A DNA stretch of 64,000 nt, from the NCBI RefSeq assembly GCF_018977255.1, contig NW_024704743.1:85934001-85998000 (forward strand), read 5' to 3'. This stretch comes from Callorhinchus milii. Its lineage: Eukaryota. Positions 26,931 through 40,393 of the stretch are shown piece after piece. The position numbers were made by a program, and so were the translations under genes. Every line of letters starts with the position of its first letter. The first letter of the stretch is position 1. The notes under the pieces were generated by a model. It did no database searches, had not been told where the DNA came from, and saw only the letters and a program-made list of their open reading frames with translations.

Positions 26931-28154
26931 CAAACCATCCACTATCCCCCCACTCCCCCATCTATTATCCCCCTACCCTCCTCCTGACTATCCAGCTGTA
27001 TGAAGCGCTTTGAGACATCCTCCCAATAAAAAAGGTGCTAAATAAATGTAAACTGTATTGTATATCACACATGTTGAGAATATTGCATCCTTTATTTGGT
27101 CTCTCCCTTTTTACAGCATAAACGAGAACAAAACAGAATAGCAATATGCTGTACAGCACAACATTCGTTTGTGTTAACACAGTGAAGCCCACTTGTGAGA
27201 ACAAGACAGCCTAGCCAGTTACAAATCCAATTTTTCCTCTCTGTTCACCTATGCAATAAGCATGGCAAAGCCGCAAAAGAACATTTTTCTTGGTCGAATA
27301 GCACGTTCCTGTATCAGTGCTTCCGCATGCTAAAAAGACCATTAATCATACAAAGAAACTTTGTTGTTTATGACAAATTTCATATTACGATTAATGGGCT
27401 GGCCTGAGTTCAGTCAGTTAGTTAGTTTGGTTCAATCTGTGCCAATCCAAGCCTATACAACCTTGCCAGCCGCATCAGAACTGTTAAACCATCGCAGAAA
27501 TAAATTGCACAATTTCAATTCCAGCAAAGCAGCAAATTTTCTTCTCGTGTTAGGTTATCAATTTACAATTTATGATAACTGGATTAACCACAAAGCTTTA
27601 TTCAGAACCAGTTAAATTCTACCCTTTTATGATTAACTTATTTTCATATTTTTCTTTATGCGGTCTGGGCTAAATTACTCACCTTTAAGGAGAATAGAGA
27701 GAGGGGCCTCAGGAAGGTAGAAAATAACACAAAGGCAAGCACCTTCACAAAGAATGACGCAAAGCCTTCTCACAAAGAATGATGCAACATAAGCTCTAAA
27801 AGAGGTCATGTAACCAATTATTTGTTGAAAATTCAAGTTCTTCTTGAGAGAACACAAGAATCTTTGCATTTTGATATGGCACCTTTCACATCAGGAGGAT
27901 GTTTCAAAGCACTTCGCAGGATTTACTATAAAGCATAGTATCTGTACTTTTTAAGCAAAACAGGGCAGACAATTCTGCAGACAGCAATATCTCATATATT
28001 AATATCCCAAAACAGCCATTGAAGTGAATGACCAATTATATCTGAGGGATTGATGACTAAGACCAGGAGAAACTCCCTTCACTTTCTGAACAGTGCTACA
28101 TGATCAATGTCCATCTAAACAGATAGACAAGACCCCAGTTTCACACTGCATCTA

Positions 28155-28481
28155 AATAATAATAATAATAATAATAATCCTTGCATTTGATATAGCGCTT
28201 TTCACGTCGGAAGGACGTCCCAAAGCGCTTCACAGAACACAATGTAAAGTGAATTGACTGTATATTTGTGGGCGAACGCGGCAGCCAATTGCGCACAGCA
28301 ATGTCCCACAAACAGTCGTAGATTGAAAATGACCAATTTTTATTATTGTTTTTGGTTTTGGAGGGATTATTATTAGGCGTGTGGAGTAAGGAAACTTGCC
28401 CAAGGTTTCACCCTGCCGGGAATTGAACTCAGGTCTCTCACTTGCAAAGCGAGTGCTCTAACCACTGAGCTACAGGACTCC
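28155..28481 (-). mobile_element. tRNA/Deu SINE, short form, young
   Basis: Full GGAGTCCTGTAGCTCAGTGG head through the (TTA)n tail. Confidence 0.93.
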
Positions 28482-29172
28482 ACAAGAATGCAACATAATG
28501 GAGTTTTCCCTAGATTGTATTGAAATGCCTGCCGAGACATCAAATTTCCAATGGATCTGATGTGACTCATTAGAAAGCTACCAACTGAACCAGGCTAATT
28601 TATTCATCAGTTTACTCAATAACTCACCATAGTTATTTCCTTTCATTGCAAGTCTCATCCTGTTTTTTTATGGGTAGCTGGTTACTGACATATGTGGAAA
28701 CCCACCATACTTAAAGACTATTCAAACCAGACAGTTCCATGCATGCCATCTACACATGGTGACAGTGTTCATTGGGCACCCAAGCTAGGGGTGGGAGCTG
28801 AGTGGGGTGAGAAGTGGAAAGTTGATCAATAGCACAGTCAAAGAGGCAAGTTTTGAGATGAGTCTTGAATGAGGGAAGAGTGAGCAATTCCTATTAGTAT
28901 ATTGCTATATTAAGGCAAGCTACAAACAGTGTGAAAAGATGGGAGTCACATTTTACTGCTCACCAATCAGAGAATGGCTGTTTTATTCCAAAGATCTGCT
29001 TCCTATCTGTCAACCAATTTTCAATCCATGGGCTGCCCTAATTTGCCCTAATCCTAATTTGCAAAACTCACGACAAATCTGTTAGCACGAATGAGTGTTA
29101 AACACTGAAGTGCAGCATCTGAAGGAAATTTAGTCTCTGAAGTGACCAATATATGTCACATACAATCTACTT

Positions 29173-29488
29173 GGAGTCCTGTAGTTCAGTGGTTAGAGCA
29201 CTCGTCTTGCAAGCGAGACACCTGGGTTCAATTCCAGGCAGGACGAAACCTTGGGCAAGTTTCCTTACTCCACACAGAGCCTAATAATAATCCCTCCAAA
29301 ACAAAACAATAATGAATTGGTCATTTTCAATCCACGACTGTTTGTGGGACACTGCTGTGCACAATTGGCTGCCGCGTTTCACCCACAAATATACAGTCAA
29401 TTCACTTTACAGTATATTCTCTGAAGCGCTTTGAGACGTCCAGAAGATGTGATAAGTGCTATATCAAATGCAAGGATTATTATTATTA
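29173..29488 (+). mobile_element. tRNA/Deu SINE, short form
   Basis: Same consensus as the 28155 copy. Confidence 0.92.
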
Positions 29489-29663
29489 TAACTGTTTTTA
29501 GGGGGATGGGAACAGTGCCAGATAATAGGGAGTGATTGATGATGTCAGAGAGTAGAGTGGCGAGGAGATGGAAGGATTATTATTATTATTTTAACAAAGC
29601 ATTGCACATAAATTCAAAGTAAAAACAAACTAGAAACAAGTGCCAAAGGGTAGAGGTACCTAC

Positions 29664-29728
29664 CATTGCTAAGTCATCCCGACTGCAATCAAGGGCAGCA
29701 ATCATCACTTGTTCATAAATTATCCAAA
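29664..29728 (-). CDS. EMC2: EMC2 coding exon 3 ([22 protein letters not shown], 65 nt)
   Basis: Acceptor tttctgtttcag, donor GTAGGT; translated by hand, frame consistent. Confidence 0.96.
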
Positions 29729-32164
29729 CTGAAACAGAAATAAAAACACAAAAATATTGGAATCAGATGAAAAATACTGTTGTTATATAAAAGGCATTTA
29801 ATATCCTATCCCTAAAATAAAAATTATACTGAAAACTAATCAGCAATTAAGCATTTCTCTTTATTTAATTATCAGTTTTTGGTAAGATGTCTAATGGGAG
29901 AAGTTTGTATGATGGATCTCTGGATTCAAGAGTACCTCTAAAGATTTGCTCTGTAATTTGAGAATGCAAACTGGTGCAATCTACTGTTTCACATTGAGAC
30001 TGATAAAAGTACTCAGCTTCCTTTGAAGCACTTCCCAGTAATAATCTTTAGCAAACAGCTTGACACAACAATACTTCAAAAGGACCAAAAAGATAATTTA
30101 ATGGAGACCATTGATCACACAAAGCTGCAACCGTGTAAATTATAATTACTCAAATAAGTTAGCCAAATAGGGTGCTACACAACAAATTTTTGTATTAAGA
30201 CAGCACATCTTTTGTTCAATCCTCATTTTTTAATAATTGTTTATTAAAATACAATTTTTAATTTGAAAGTATGATATATAAAAGCCATTTTAATTCAATA
30301 AACACTGTCTTTCAAGATAGAAATGAATCTGTTGTAGTATAACATTCACTGTTAAGTCAATGGCAGCCTCGTTGACCTACACCCTATACATATGCAAGTT
30401 TAGTAAAGACATAACTTACAAGTTCAGTACAGTCCAAGAGAAAACATATTTTGCAATTTAATTATCCATCAATTTGTTGTCACTTACAGCAATACTACTG
30501 TACTCAGGTTTCAACATGACAAGAGGAAATTTGTTTTCAGTTATGGAGGGAAGAATACATTTTCAAATTACATTTTATATAAGAGGTTAATGAATAAATC
30601 CATGTCAATAAAAGTCAAGGGTAGAACTATGGAAGATACTAATTTGTTTGGTCAGTCAGGTATTTGACACATGTGGAAACCCATCACCATACTTAAGAGT
30701 ATCCAAACCAAACTGAAGAGTTCCACATATATATGCCACCTAAACATGGAAAAGTCTGTATCCGGAATGGAATGTCTACTCTCTATATGGAGCGTTGTAT
30801 CTAACTCTGGAGAATATTACGCATGGTTTGGCAAGTACCAATGTTTGGAGACCCCAGAAAGTATGCTGTGGAGCTGTCGGATAATTACCGCATAGCTTGC
30901 CATTGAAGGCACTATTTGGCAGGCTTCCTGCTGTTTATCCGGCTAGGGCCACTGTTCCCGTTAGGGCTTTGGTTTGCATGGACCAGTAGGACTGAATAAT
31001 CTGTTTCCATGCTGCAATGTTCATGTAATTCTCAGAATAAATAGGCTAATACTAAAAGTTATCTCATCTTGCACTCTTCCAAGAATTGCCTTGCCTATCA
31101 ATTAGTCAATGCTCAATTCGTCATTTGATCAGTGCCTGGAAATAAAAGTGATAATTGTCAGGACACTATATAATGTGTGTATTGTAGCCAATTCATTGGG
31201 AAAGTACTGCAAGAGAAAAGTCCTGCTACTGTTATAACTATTAAATGATTTTTGTAAATTATAAAATGTCAAAAAAAGCAAAGGAAGTGGCTAAACTAGA
31301 AGATAATTATAATCAATCATAGTGTCATCCTTTAGACTGACCTTGGTATCCTTGATTCCCGAGAACAGAACAGATAGTCACTTAACTACAGCACATGTAG
31401 AATTATGGATAATTAGGAGGGAGTGAGAAGGTTGTAATTTATCCCTGGGGTTCAGGGGATATTTTAAGCCAAGAAAGAAAGCTTAAGTGGTTCTAAATGT
31501 CTTCTAAACTCCCAAGATTAAATTACTGTCCTATAGTAACTTACTATCATCTATAGTTCTATAATTGTGTATATTTATATAGTAACCTTAATAAATTGAT
31601 GTTAAAAAACCCCAAATGGTGCTGAAATTATGCAGATTCAACAGATTAATATAGTGAAATATTAGATTTTATAAAAGGGAGAAATTAATAATTGTTTCAG
31701 TTGATATAGCACATTTCTTGTCAGGAGAACATCTCATAAAATTCACTGTAAAGTGCAAGTGACTGTATTTTGAAGGTGAATGCAGCAGCCAATCTCAATA
31801 CAGCAATGTCCCATAATCATCGATAAAGTGAATGACCAATTTTATCAGGGGATTGCTGGCAAGACATCAGAAGAAACTAATTTCTCTTTTCAAATTGTTC
31901 CTTTAATGTCCACCTGAACAGGCAAATGGGACCTTGGGGTAATGTTTCATCCAAGGAATGATATTTCCAACAATACAGTGCAACACCAGCACTGCATTGG
32001 AATATCAGCCTAGATAAGTGTTTCTGTTTCCCATCGTAAATAATGCAAACCAGGTATAGAAGATAAAATTAATTAATATGGGAGACATTGGTTCAATACA
32101 AAATACATGCAATACAACACAGTGCAGATATTTGATTAATCCATTAGTTTCCATCACAAATTTC

Positions 32165-32420
32165 AAATACAAGTTGTATTTATATAGCGCTTTTCACACG
32201 GATGGCATCTCGGAACACTCAAATGCCAAGCCAGAAAGGAGAGGAGGTGAGCAAAGGCACGGTTGCAGAGGAAACTCTTTAGGTGCGATTTGAAGACAGT
32301 GGGCAAGATGGAGAGATTGAGGCAAAGAGTTCCAGAGATTCGGGGCATAGTGGCTGAAAGCACGGTGATAAATGTGGAGCGGAAGAGACGAGCAACATGC
32401 AGCACACACATGTCAGCTGA
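32165..32420 (-). mobile_element. Older L2 3' fragment
   Basis: RAFSHYAPNLWNSLPQSL; tail. Confidence 0.75.
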
Positions 32421-33897
32421 GTGAAATCTTAAATTCAGAAGAAAGAATGAGAGGCAATGGTTTACAGATAAGTAAGCTGCCAAATACATTGGATCTCATT
32501 ACACAATGGAGCATTCCTCATCATATTTTATTTATGCTGTGTGCTCTACTGGCTTGAATTTTGCATTGAAAACAGCACTGGTTAGGGCAAAAGTGTTGGG
32601 CGGAAGGTAGGGGTACAAAGAGGTCTGTTGTCTGATGCATTTCACAAAGATCACTGAACACAGGGGACTAGAAGCCAGCTAATGTGATTTCAATACTTGA
32701 AGTACAATCCTGGGAATTAGAGACCTATTAGTTTGACATGGAAGGAAAAAATATTGGAGTCTATTATCAAAGAAGCATTGGAAGAGTTCCTAATGGGAGA
32801 AATGGTAATAAATCGAAATCACAAAATTGCATGAAAGAGTTTGCAAGCATTTCATTTATGGAGGTTTTTTTTGCTACAGTAATTGAGTCAGTGAGGCTTT
32901 GGTGGTAAATTTTACCACTTGTCACAGTCTCTCACAAATTAACTATGGCTAAAGTGAAAGTTTATGAGTTAAATAACTTTTATATTATATAAATAATAAT
33001 AATCCTTGCATTTGATATAGCGCCTTATCACGCTAAGAACACACTGGGCAAACAACTTTGTCACTGGAGAAGAAATTGAGAAAAGTTTATAAATTATATA
33101 CTCTTCTAAGCCAGGAGATGCATAGTGTACGCATTGCCAAGTAAAACTGTGTTGAAATGAGGTAATATTGCGTGAACAGGTCTTATGCCAGCAATGTCGT
33201 TTGAAACAAATTCAACAGAATTATAATTTAGAGCTACTTTGGAAGTGTTACGAAGCCAGACAGAAAGCAGATACAGTAATTAAAACAGAATGCTTTGGGG
33301 ATCGTGTAATTTAAACTGTGCATGTTTATTTTGTTTCAGCATGCTGTTGTCCTTAGTAGCTCTTCCTAATCAAAAGCCCCAACAAGCTATTGGAACTCAA
33401 CTTTTTATTTAAAAACAAAACAAAATATGAATCAGGAGCAGACAGGAAAAAAGCAATAAAAGTTGCACTGAAAAAGTTAATATTTGATTTTGTTTTCAAA
33501 TGGGGAATGTTAGATAGAAAGTGAGGTAACTGTTAATACCAAAAGGGCACTCCAATGTCCCTTTATACAAATAACTGAATACGTAAGTTGAAATAGTGCT
33601 TTCAAGGTGCTACAATGTTCTTGGAGAGTAGTAGGTTATGAGAATGTACATGATAGTATATTACATTCAACTTCCGGTCAATTTAAACAGATTAATCCAG
33701 AAAATCCTTCACTTGCCTGACAATCTGATACACAGAAGATCGTGTTCTTTCTTTTTGATTACACAGCTTTTTTTTAAAAATAAATCTAACAAAATGTACT
33801 CAACTTTTGCTGAGCGTCTGCACAGTCGCAGATAGGCAATGCAAAACGCCATCTTATAAGACGAGTCATCCGATCAATTTTACATTGCAAATACTTA

Positions 33898-35795
33898 CAA
33901 CAACAACAACAAGATTCCATTTATAAAGCGCCTTTCACGTCAGGAGGACGTCCCAAGGCGCTGCACAGTTGGGTCATGACCCGAGCAGGGGGGAAATGGT
34001 CAGGGTGAGGGGAGGAAGGGAGGGAGCGAGGAGGGGGAAATGGTCAGGGTGAGGGAGGGAAGGGAGGGAGGAGGAGGGGGGAAATGGTCAGGGTGAGGGG
34101 AGGGAAGGGAGGGAGCGAGGAGGGGGAAGAGAGTCGAGAGGGGAGCTGAAGGCTCGGTCAAAGAGAAAGGTTTTGAGACCGGCCTTGAAGGAGGAAAGGG
34201 AGGAAGCGGCGAAGGCACTGGGGGATGGAGTTCCAGAGCCTGGGGCTGAGAGGCTGAAGGCCCGACCACCGATGGTAGGGCGGTTGGGGCGGGGGACGTG
34301 GAGCAGACCGGAGCCAGAGGAACGGAGGGTACGGGCAGGTAGGTAGGGGGATAGTAGGTTGGAGAGGTAGGAGGGAGCAAGGCCGTGAATGGCCTTGTAG
34401 GTGAGGATGAGGATCTTGAAATCAATCCTCTGGGGGATGGGGAGCCAGTGGAGGCGAGCGAGGGTGGGAGTGATGTGGTCCCGAAGCCTGGTGCGGGACA
34501 GTACACGAGCTGCAGAGTTCTGAATGACCTGCAGCTTGTGGAGGGAGGTGGCGGGAAGGCCGGCGAGGAGAGAGTTCCCATAGTCCAGCCTTGAGGTGAC
34601 AAAGGCGTGGACCAGGGTTTCAGCAGCGTGAGGGGTGAGGTAGTGCCGTAGTCTGGCGATGTTCCGGAGGTGATGGAAGGCGGTGCCAGTTGTGGTGCGG
34701 ATGTGAGGGAGAAAGGACAGCTCAGGGTCGAACAAAACGCCGAGGTTCCTGACTGGCTTTGAGAGGTGGAGAGTGCAGCCTTGGATGCTGATGGTGTCAG
34801 CGCCTGAGGTGCGGAGGCGCTGACGTGAGCCAATCAGGAGGGCCTCGGTTTTTCGCACGTTGAGCTGAAGAAAGTTGTCTCTCGTCCAGGACTCGATGTC
34901 GGACAGGCAGGCTGTCAGGACATCGGTGGTCGTGGAGTTGAGAGTAGAGGAGGAAAGGTAGAGTTGGGTGTCATCCGCATACATGTGGAAGTTAACTCCA
35001 TGTCTGCGGATGATGTCACCGAGGGGGAGCATATAGAGGGTGAAGAGGAGGGGACCGAGGACAGAGCCCTGAGGGACACCACATGAGACAGTACGGGGGG
35101 TGGAGGAGAAGCCATTCGTCGAGACAAAGTGAAGACGGTGAGAAAGGTACGACCTAAACCATTCAAGGACAGTGCCTTGAAGGTTGAGGTGGGAGGACAA
35201 GCGGTGGAGTAGGATAGCGTGGTCGACCGTATCGAATGCTGCCGATAGGTCGAGGAGGACGAGGAGGCAGAGGGAGCCCTGGTCACAGATGGTCAGGATA
35301 TCATTGGTGACCTTGACCAGGGCAGTTTCTGTGCTATGGGCAGCACGGAAACCTGACTGAAGGGGTTCAAAAAGAGAATGGGTGGAAAGGAAAGAGCGCA
35401 GTTGGGAGGCGACAACTCTTTCCAGGACCTTGGAGAGAAAGGGGAGGTTGGAGATGGGCCGGTAGCTTGATAGCTGCGACGCATCAAGGGAGGGTTTTTT
35501 CAGGGTGGGCGTGATGATGGCAGTTTTTAAGGGAATGGGGACAGAGCCAGAGGAGAGGGACAGGTTGATGATGTCGGTGATATGTGGGGCAAGAAAGTGG
35601 AGCTGGGAGATAAGGAGTGGAGTGGGGATGGGGTCAAGGGAGCAGGTGGTTGGTTTTAGGGATAGGATGAGTTTAGTGACAGAGGGTGGGGAAACGGGTA
35701 CAAAAGTGAGTAGGGGAGGATGGGTAGCAGTCGGAGTGTAGGAGTGAGGGGGTGGGGGGTTGGTGGATGTTGGAGGGGACGTGACCGTGGAGTGA
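33898..35795 (-). mobile_element. Young 5'-truncated L2-clade LINE with an uninterrupted RT frame, 3' stem-loop and (TTG)n tail
   Basis: ORF 34088..35848 contains [52 protein letters not shown] and SRLDYGN; tail ends GGAATCTTGTTGTTGTTG. Confidence 0.95.
34088..35795 (-). CDS. L2 ORF2 reverse transcriptase (N-terminally truncated; no endonuclease domain)
   Basis: 586-aa open frame with the non-LTR RT motifs; the first ~15 aa derive from flanking DNA. Confidence 0.8.
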
Positions 35796-36966
35796 ATTCC
35801 CTTGATAAGAATTGATAAGAATCCCTTACAAGAATTCCTAGAATGCAATTAGTTATGTATTAATCGGAGTGACAAGTAAAGAGGAGTGCTTCATTAACAT
35901 TTTGCTTGGGAAGTGGCCAGGATATTGGCAGCATGGCGACTTAATTTATAGTGAAAAGTTAAGCCAGGTTAGTTATCTGGCGTTCACTGTATCTCAATTC
36001 CAGTCGTACAAATGCGTGGTCATTATCTATGAATTGCCTTGAGATGTCCTCCTGATGTGGAAGGCCATATATCAAATTCAAGGATTATTATCATCTGATT
36101 ACATTATGCTTAGCTATCATGAAATGAAAATCATAGAGGTTACCTTTTATAGCGATCATATGTCATTGACTGCTGCCAGAAAGTCAAAATTAATCAGGTG
36201 GAGGGAAAGATGGTTAACTTTGTTTTGGATGTGATGCATCAAAGTTGTTCAGATGTAAGGTTTTCCTTCCTGCCCTTTTCACATTTGCTCATTTCCCATG
36301 CCCTGCTTTCACAATACCACACACCAGTGGTGGCCAACGCATGGTCCATGGGGCCCTCAAGAAGCACTCCCCACCCGAACATTCACACTAGTCTAGGTAA
36401 GTCTGTGATCAATCACTAATGTGTTTCCAGGTTTTACTTGATTATTTCTTGATTTATAGCTTTAATATAAATTACATTTATATAAATTTATGCTCAATTG
36501 GCTGTTGCGTTTCTCCCACAAAATATAGTCAATTAGTTTTACAGTGTATTCTGTGAAGCGCTTTGAGACGTCTCGAAGACGTGATAAGGCACTATATCAA
36601 ATTCAAGCTTTATTATATGTATAGCTCTGACTCTCTCTCTATATATATATAACACATATATATATCATTCTCTCAGTGTAAATCTCTCACGCTTTCTGTA
36701 TAAATTACTCTCTATAAATATTTTTATATATATCATTCTCTATTGTTATTCTTACAGACGTGATAAGGCGCTATATCAAATGCAAGGATTATTATTATTA
36801 ATCAAGAAAATTTATTTTGTTTGCCGACCAAAAAGATTGGCCCATCACTGCCAAACACTGGCAGTGCCCAAATTGCTCATTTTTCCATCAATTGTTGCCA
36901 GATTGTACATAGATACGCCTTTATTCACACTGGTAATTGGGAAATTTGCATTCAGGTTTGCTAGAC

Positions 36967-37211
36967 AATAATAATAATAACCCTTGCATTTGATATAGCG
37001 CTTTTCACGTTTCCTAGACGTCTCAAAGCACTTCACAGAATATGCTGTAATGTGAATTAACCACATATTTTTGGACGAAACACGGCAGCCAATTGCGCGT
37101 AGCGCACAAACAGTCGTGGATTGAAAATGACCAATTTATTATTGGCTTTCTTTTTGGAGGGATTATTATTAGGCGTGTGGAGTAGCAAACTTGCTCAAGG
37201 TTTCGCCCTTG
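36967..37211 (-). mobile_element. tRNA/Deu SINE, short form, 5'-truncated
   Basis: Consensus match by eye. Confidence 0.85.
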
Positions 37212-38349
37212 TAGTAAAAAAAAGTGTAGTAAAACAGCTTAAGAAAGATGCAAGTGAGAGCAAAGTACCTGGAAAATCTACCTTGTATTGTCTCATTGAG
37301 TCTCTCTGCCCCCAATCTTTGGAACTCCATCCCACAGTTCCTTTGCCTTACCCCCAAAATTCTCCCTTACCTCCTTCAAGGCCTGTCTCAAGACCCTCCT
37401 ATCTGTATCATGGACGGCTGATAGTGGTGCAAAGGGCAGGCAGGACATTCTGGAGCAGAGAAGTGAACACGGAATTCAAAAATATTTTTTACAGGGTATT
37501 TTATTGACTCCAAAAATTACTTTCTAAAAATAATTTCACAGAAACAATCTGGGTCATTTTGGCATACTTGTTCTTTGAATTAAATTAACTAGTAAACTAT
37601 CTTTGCTACACACCCTTTTTTCCTTTAAGGTCTCTTACATTCCCTTCTGCCTTGATATTTGTATTCATATTCAAGGCTCAACTATTTTTTTTTAAAAGGT
37701 ATGTAAAGTAGTTCCACTGAATATTGGCAGAAACTATCACCTCTTTGAGTAAATATCAAGGAGTGGAGGAGGAATAGGTCCAGTTATCATTGTGAACATT
37801 CACAGAAATGACAATTCTGCAAATAAACATTGTGTGCTCTTGCAAACACAAGTGTCAGCAGATAAGGTGTCTGTTCATTAATTTATAAAGGTTTAATAAT
37901 AATCCTTGCATTTGATATAGCGCTTTTCACATCTTCTAGAGGTCTCAAAGCGCTTTGTTAAAGACTCAAATTGATAAACAAAATGCACATTACAGCAATT
38001 CCCACAGTATACTGAATACATTATCCAATATCTCTAATTAAATCTAAAAGTAAGCCCTTTCTCCTTTTTTTCGTTGTTACACCAAATGTGTCCAAAATAT
38101 TATGACTGGAACTATTTCCACAGAAACCTTCTCACCCTTTTCAGGATTCAATTGCCATGACGCAGAAGCAAGCAGAGAACTCTTTCTGCTTTGAAATGAC
38201 TTCCCAATGTTCCCTTTTCTGTTAATTACTGATTATTTTATGACTGTTAAATTACCACTCATTTATTTTATTTCATTCACAGAAACATTATTGTTCAAAC
38301 AAAAGGTTTGTAAGAACAGGAGTATAGGGAACCCTGTCATAACAGGCCT

Positions 38350-39187
38350 GCCGGGGCTGCTTTTTTCCATCTCCGCCACATTGCCTTACTCCGTCCATAC
38401 CTCACAACCAATGCAGCTGAAGCCCTCGTCCACGCCTTTGTGACTTCCTGGCTGGACTATTCCAATGCTCTCCTCACTGATCTCCCGAGCCCAACGATAC
38501 ACAAAATCTAATTAATTAAAAACTCCACCCCCCGGATAGTCACTAAACTCTGTATCCCCATCACACGAGTGCTTGCCAGGCTTCATTGGTTCCCAATCAC
38601 CGAACAGATCGATTTCAAGATCACTCGTTTTCAAATCACTTCATTCTCTCACACCTCCCTACCTATCCAACCTCCTTACTCCCCACTCCACCACACGCAG
38701 CCTCTGCTCAGCTGGCTCCAGCCTCCTGTTTGTCCCTCATGCCCTCCGTTCCACCATCGGTGGTCGTACCTTCAGCCACTATGCCCCGAATATCTGGATC
38801 TCTCTTCCTCACTCCCTCTGCCTTGCCCCTTCCTTCCCCACCTTCAAATCCCATCTAAAGATCTTCCTTTTTGATCTTGCTTACAGTCACCTACCTCATC
38901 CCTTTCCCACTGGCCCGTTGTCAGACTCCTCCACCGTGAAGCGCTCCGGGATGCTACCTTGCATGACGGGCACTATCTAAATGCAAGTTGTTATTGTTGC
39001 CCACCGTCTCTTCTCTTCAACCGTGCCTTCAGCTCCCCTCTCGACTCTCTACCCCCTCCTCCCTCCCTTGCTTCCCTCCCTTCACCCTGACCATTTCCCC
39101 CCTGCTCGGGTCCCGACCCAACTGTCCAGCGTCTTGGGATGTCCTCCCGACGTGAAAGGCGCTCTATAAATGAAATCTTGTTGTTGT
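38350..39187 (+). mobile_element. Two tandem L2 3' fragments (older 38350-39000, younger 39001-39187)
   Basis: LARLHWFPITEQIDFKI frame; two successive L2 tails. Confidence 0.85.
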
Positions 39188-40263
39188 CTCACAGGTCTCA
39201 GAGTGGAACTGTGCTAACAAGACTTCCTAGATGTTCAGGTCGCCATTGGTGGCACTTCCTTCGCATTGCACAGAGGGCATCAGGGCACTTCTTGCACAAG
39301 AAATGTGATCTGACCACCCAGAAGTTGGCCATTTTTCGCACTTCGCTTATAACAAGGCCTCTTAGGCATTGAACCCAGAGAACCTCATTAGTTTTTCTGT
39401 AATACGTTAATACATTCTTTGATTGTAATTTGTTCTTACTGGAGTGTAGACTTCTACCAGTGAGGGATTTGGAAACGTTCCACTTAAAATCTCCCCAATG
39501 CACATCAGTACTTTTACTTCTTAATACAATAGTTTAACTTGCAATGATTTTTAGACTGCAGTCAATGTGACATTTCCAAAGATCATTCAAGCATTTTTTT
39601 TATTGCAAAGCACTTCCTTCTCACATTTGTAGATAAGGCCATTATTGACAAATAAACTACATCATAAAGACACATAAAAAAGAACACAACCACAAATCTG
39701 AACATCTTGATCTAAGTCCTAGATCAGGAAGCTACTAGATCACGGGTACAGACACCACAATCCATATTCTCCAACTCCACAATCCCCATGCTATTCATCC
39801 TTCAACTAGTCTTATTCAGTCCTCACTCACAAGACTTCTTTCCCAGCCAATTTTTTTAAAATCTTGAAATCTCCTCAATGTTAATCTGTAAAATCCTACT
39901 AATCCAGACATTACCGGCCTCACACTATGCAGAATAGGTTGGCTCAGTCATTCTGAGTTAGAAGGCTGTAAGTTCAAGCCCCATGTTAGGACTTTCAGCT
40001 CATGATTTATTGCAGCTTGATGCTGCAATCCAGTGCCCAGCAAGCACTCCAATGTCGGAGGTGCCATCCTTCGGATGAGACATTAATCAAGATCCTGTCT
40101 GTTTGTTCAGGTGGACGTTAAAGGTTCTATACCACTATTTGAAAAGGGAAGAGAATTTCTTTCTCTAACCTAACCAACAATCCTGCAATACAAAAATGTG
40201 TCATTCACTTCATGTATGTGGGACATTGCTGTACAAATGCCTTTCTCATAGTCACATACTCAC

Positions 40264-40377
40264 TGTCATCACCAAGTTTTGATGCATAGTCATTTATTAG
40301 CTCTTCTCCAACTTCAACTATCTGTTCACTGTTACGATAATTTTCTTCCCTCCATTTCCTTAATTTGTCGCGCATAT
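40264..40377 (-). CDS. EMC2: EMC2 coding exon 2 (DMRDKLRKW...ASKLGDD, 114 nt)
   Basis: Acceptor ttgttttcacag, donor GTGAGT; peptide visible in ORF 40205..40453. Confidence 0.97.
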
Positions 40378-40393
40378 CTGTGAAAACAAGGAG

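Noticed and set aside
34000..34833. 277-aa Ser/Pro-rich ORF overlapping the L2 RT, and similar ones at 14023, 53176 and 53472
   Set aside because: Alternative-frame shadow of C-rich L2 sequence
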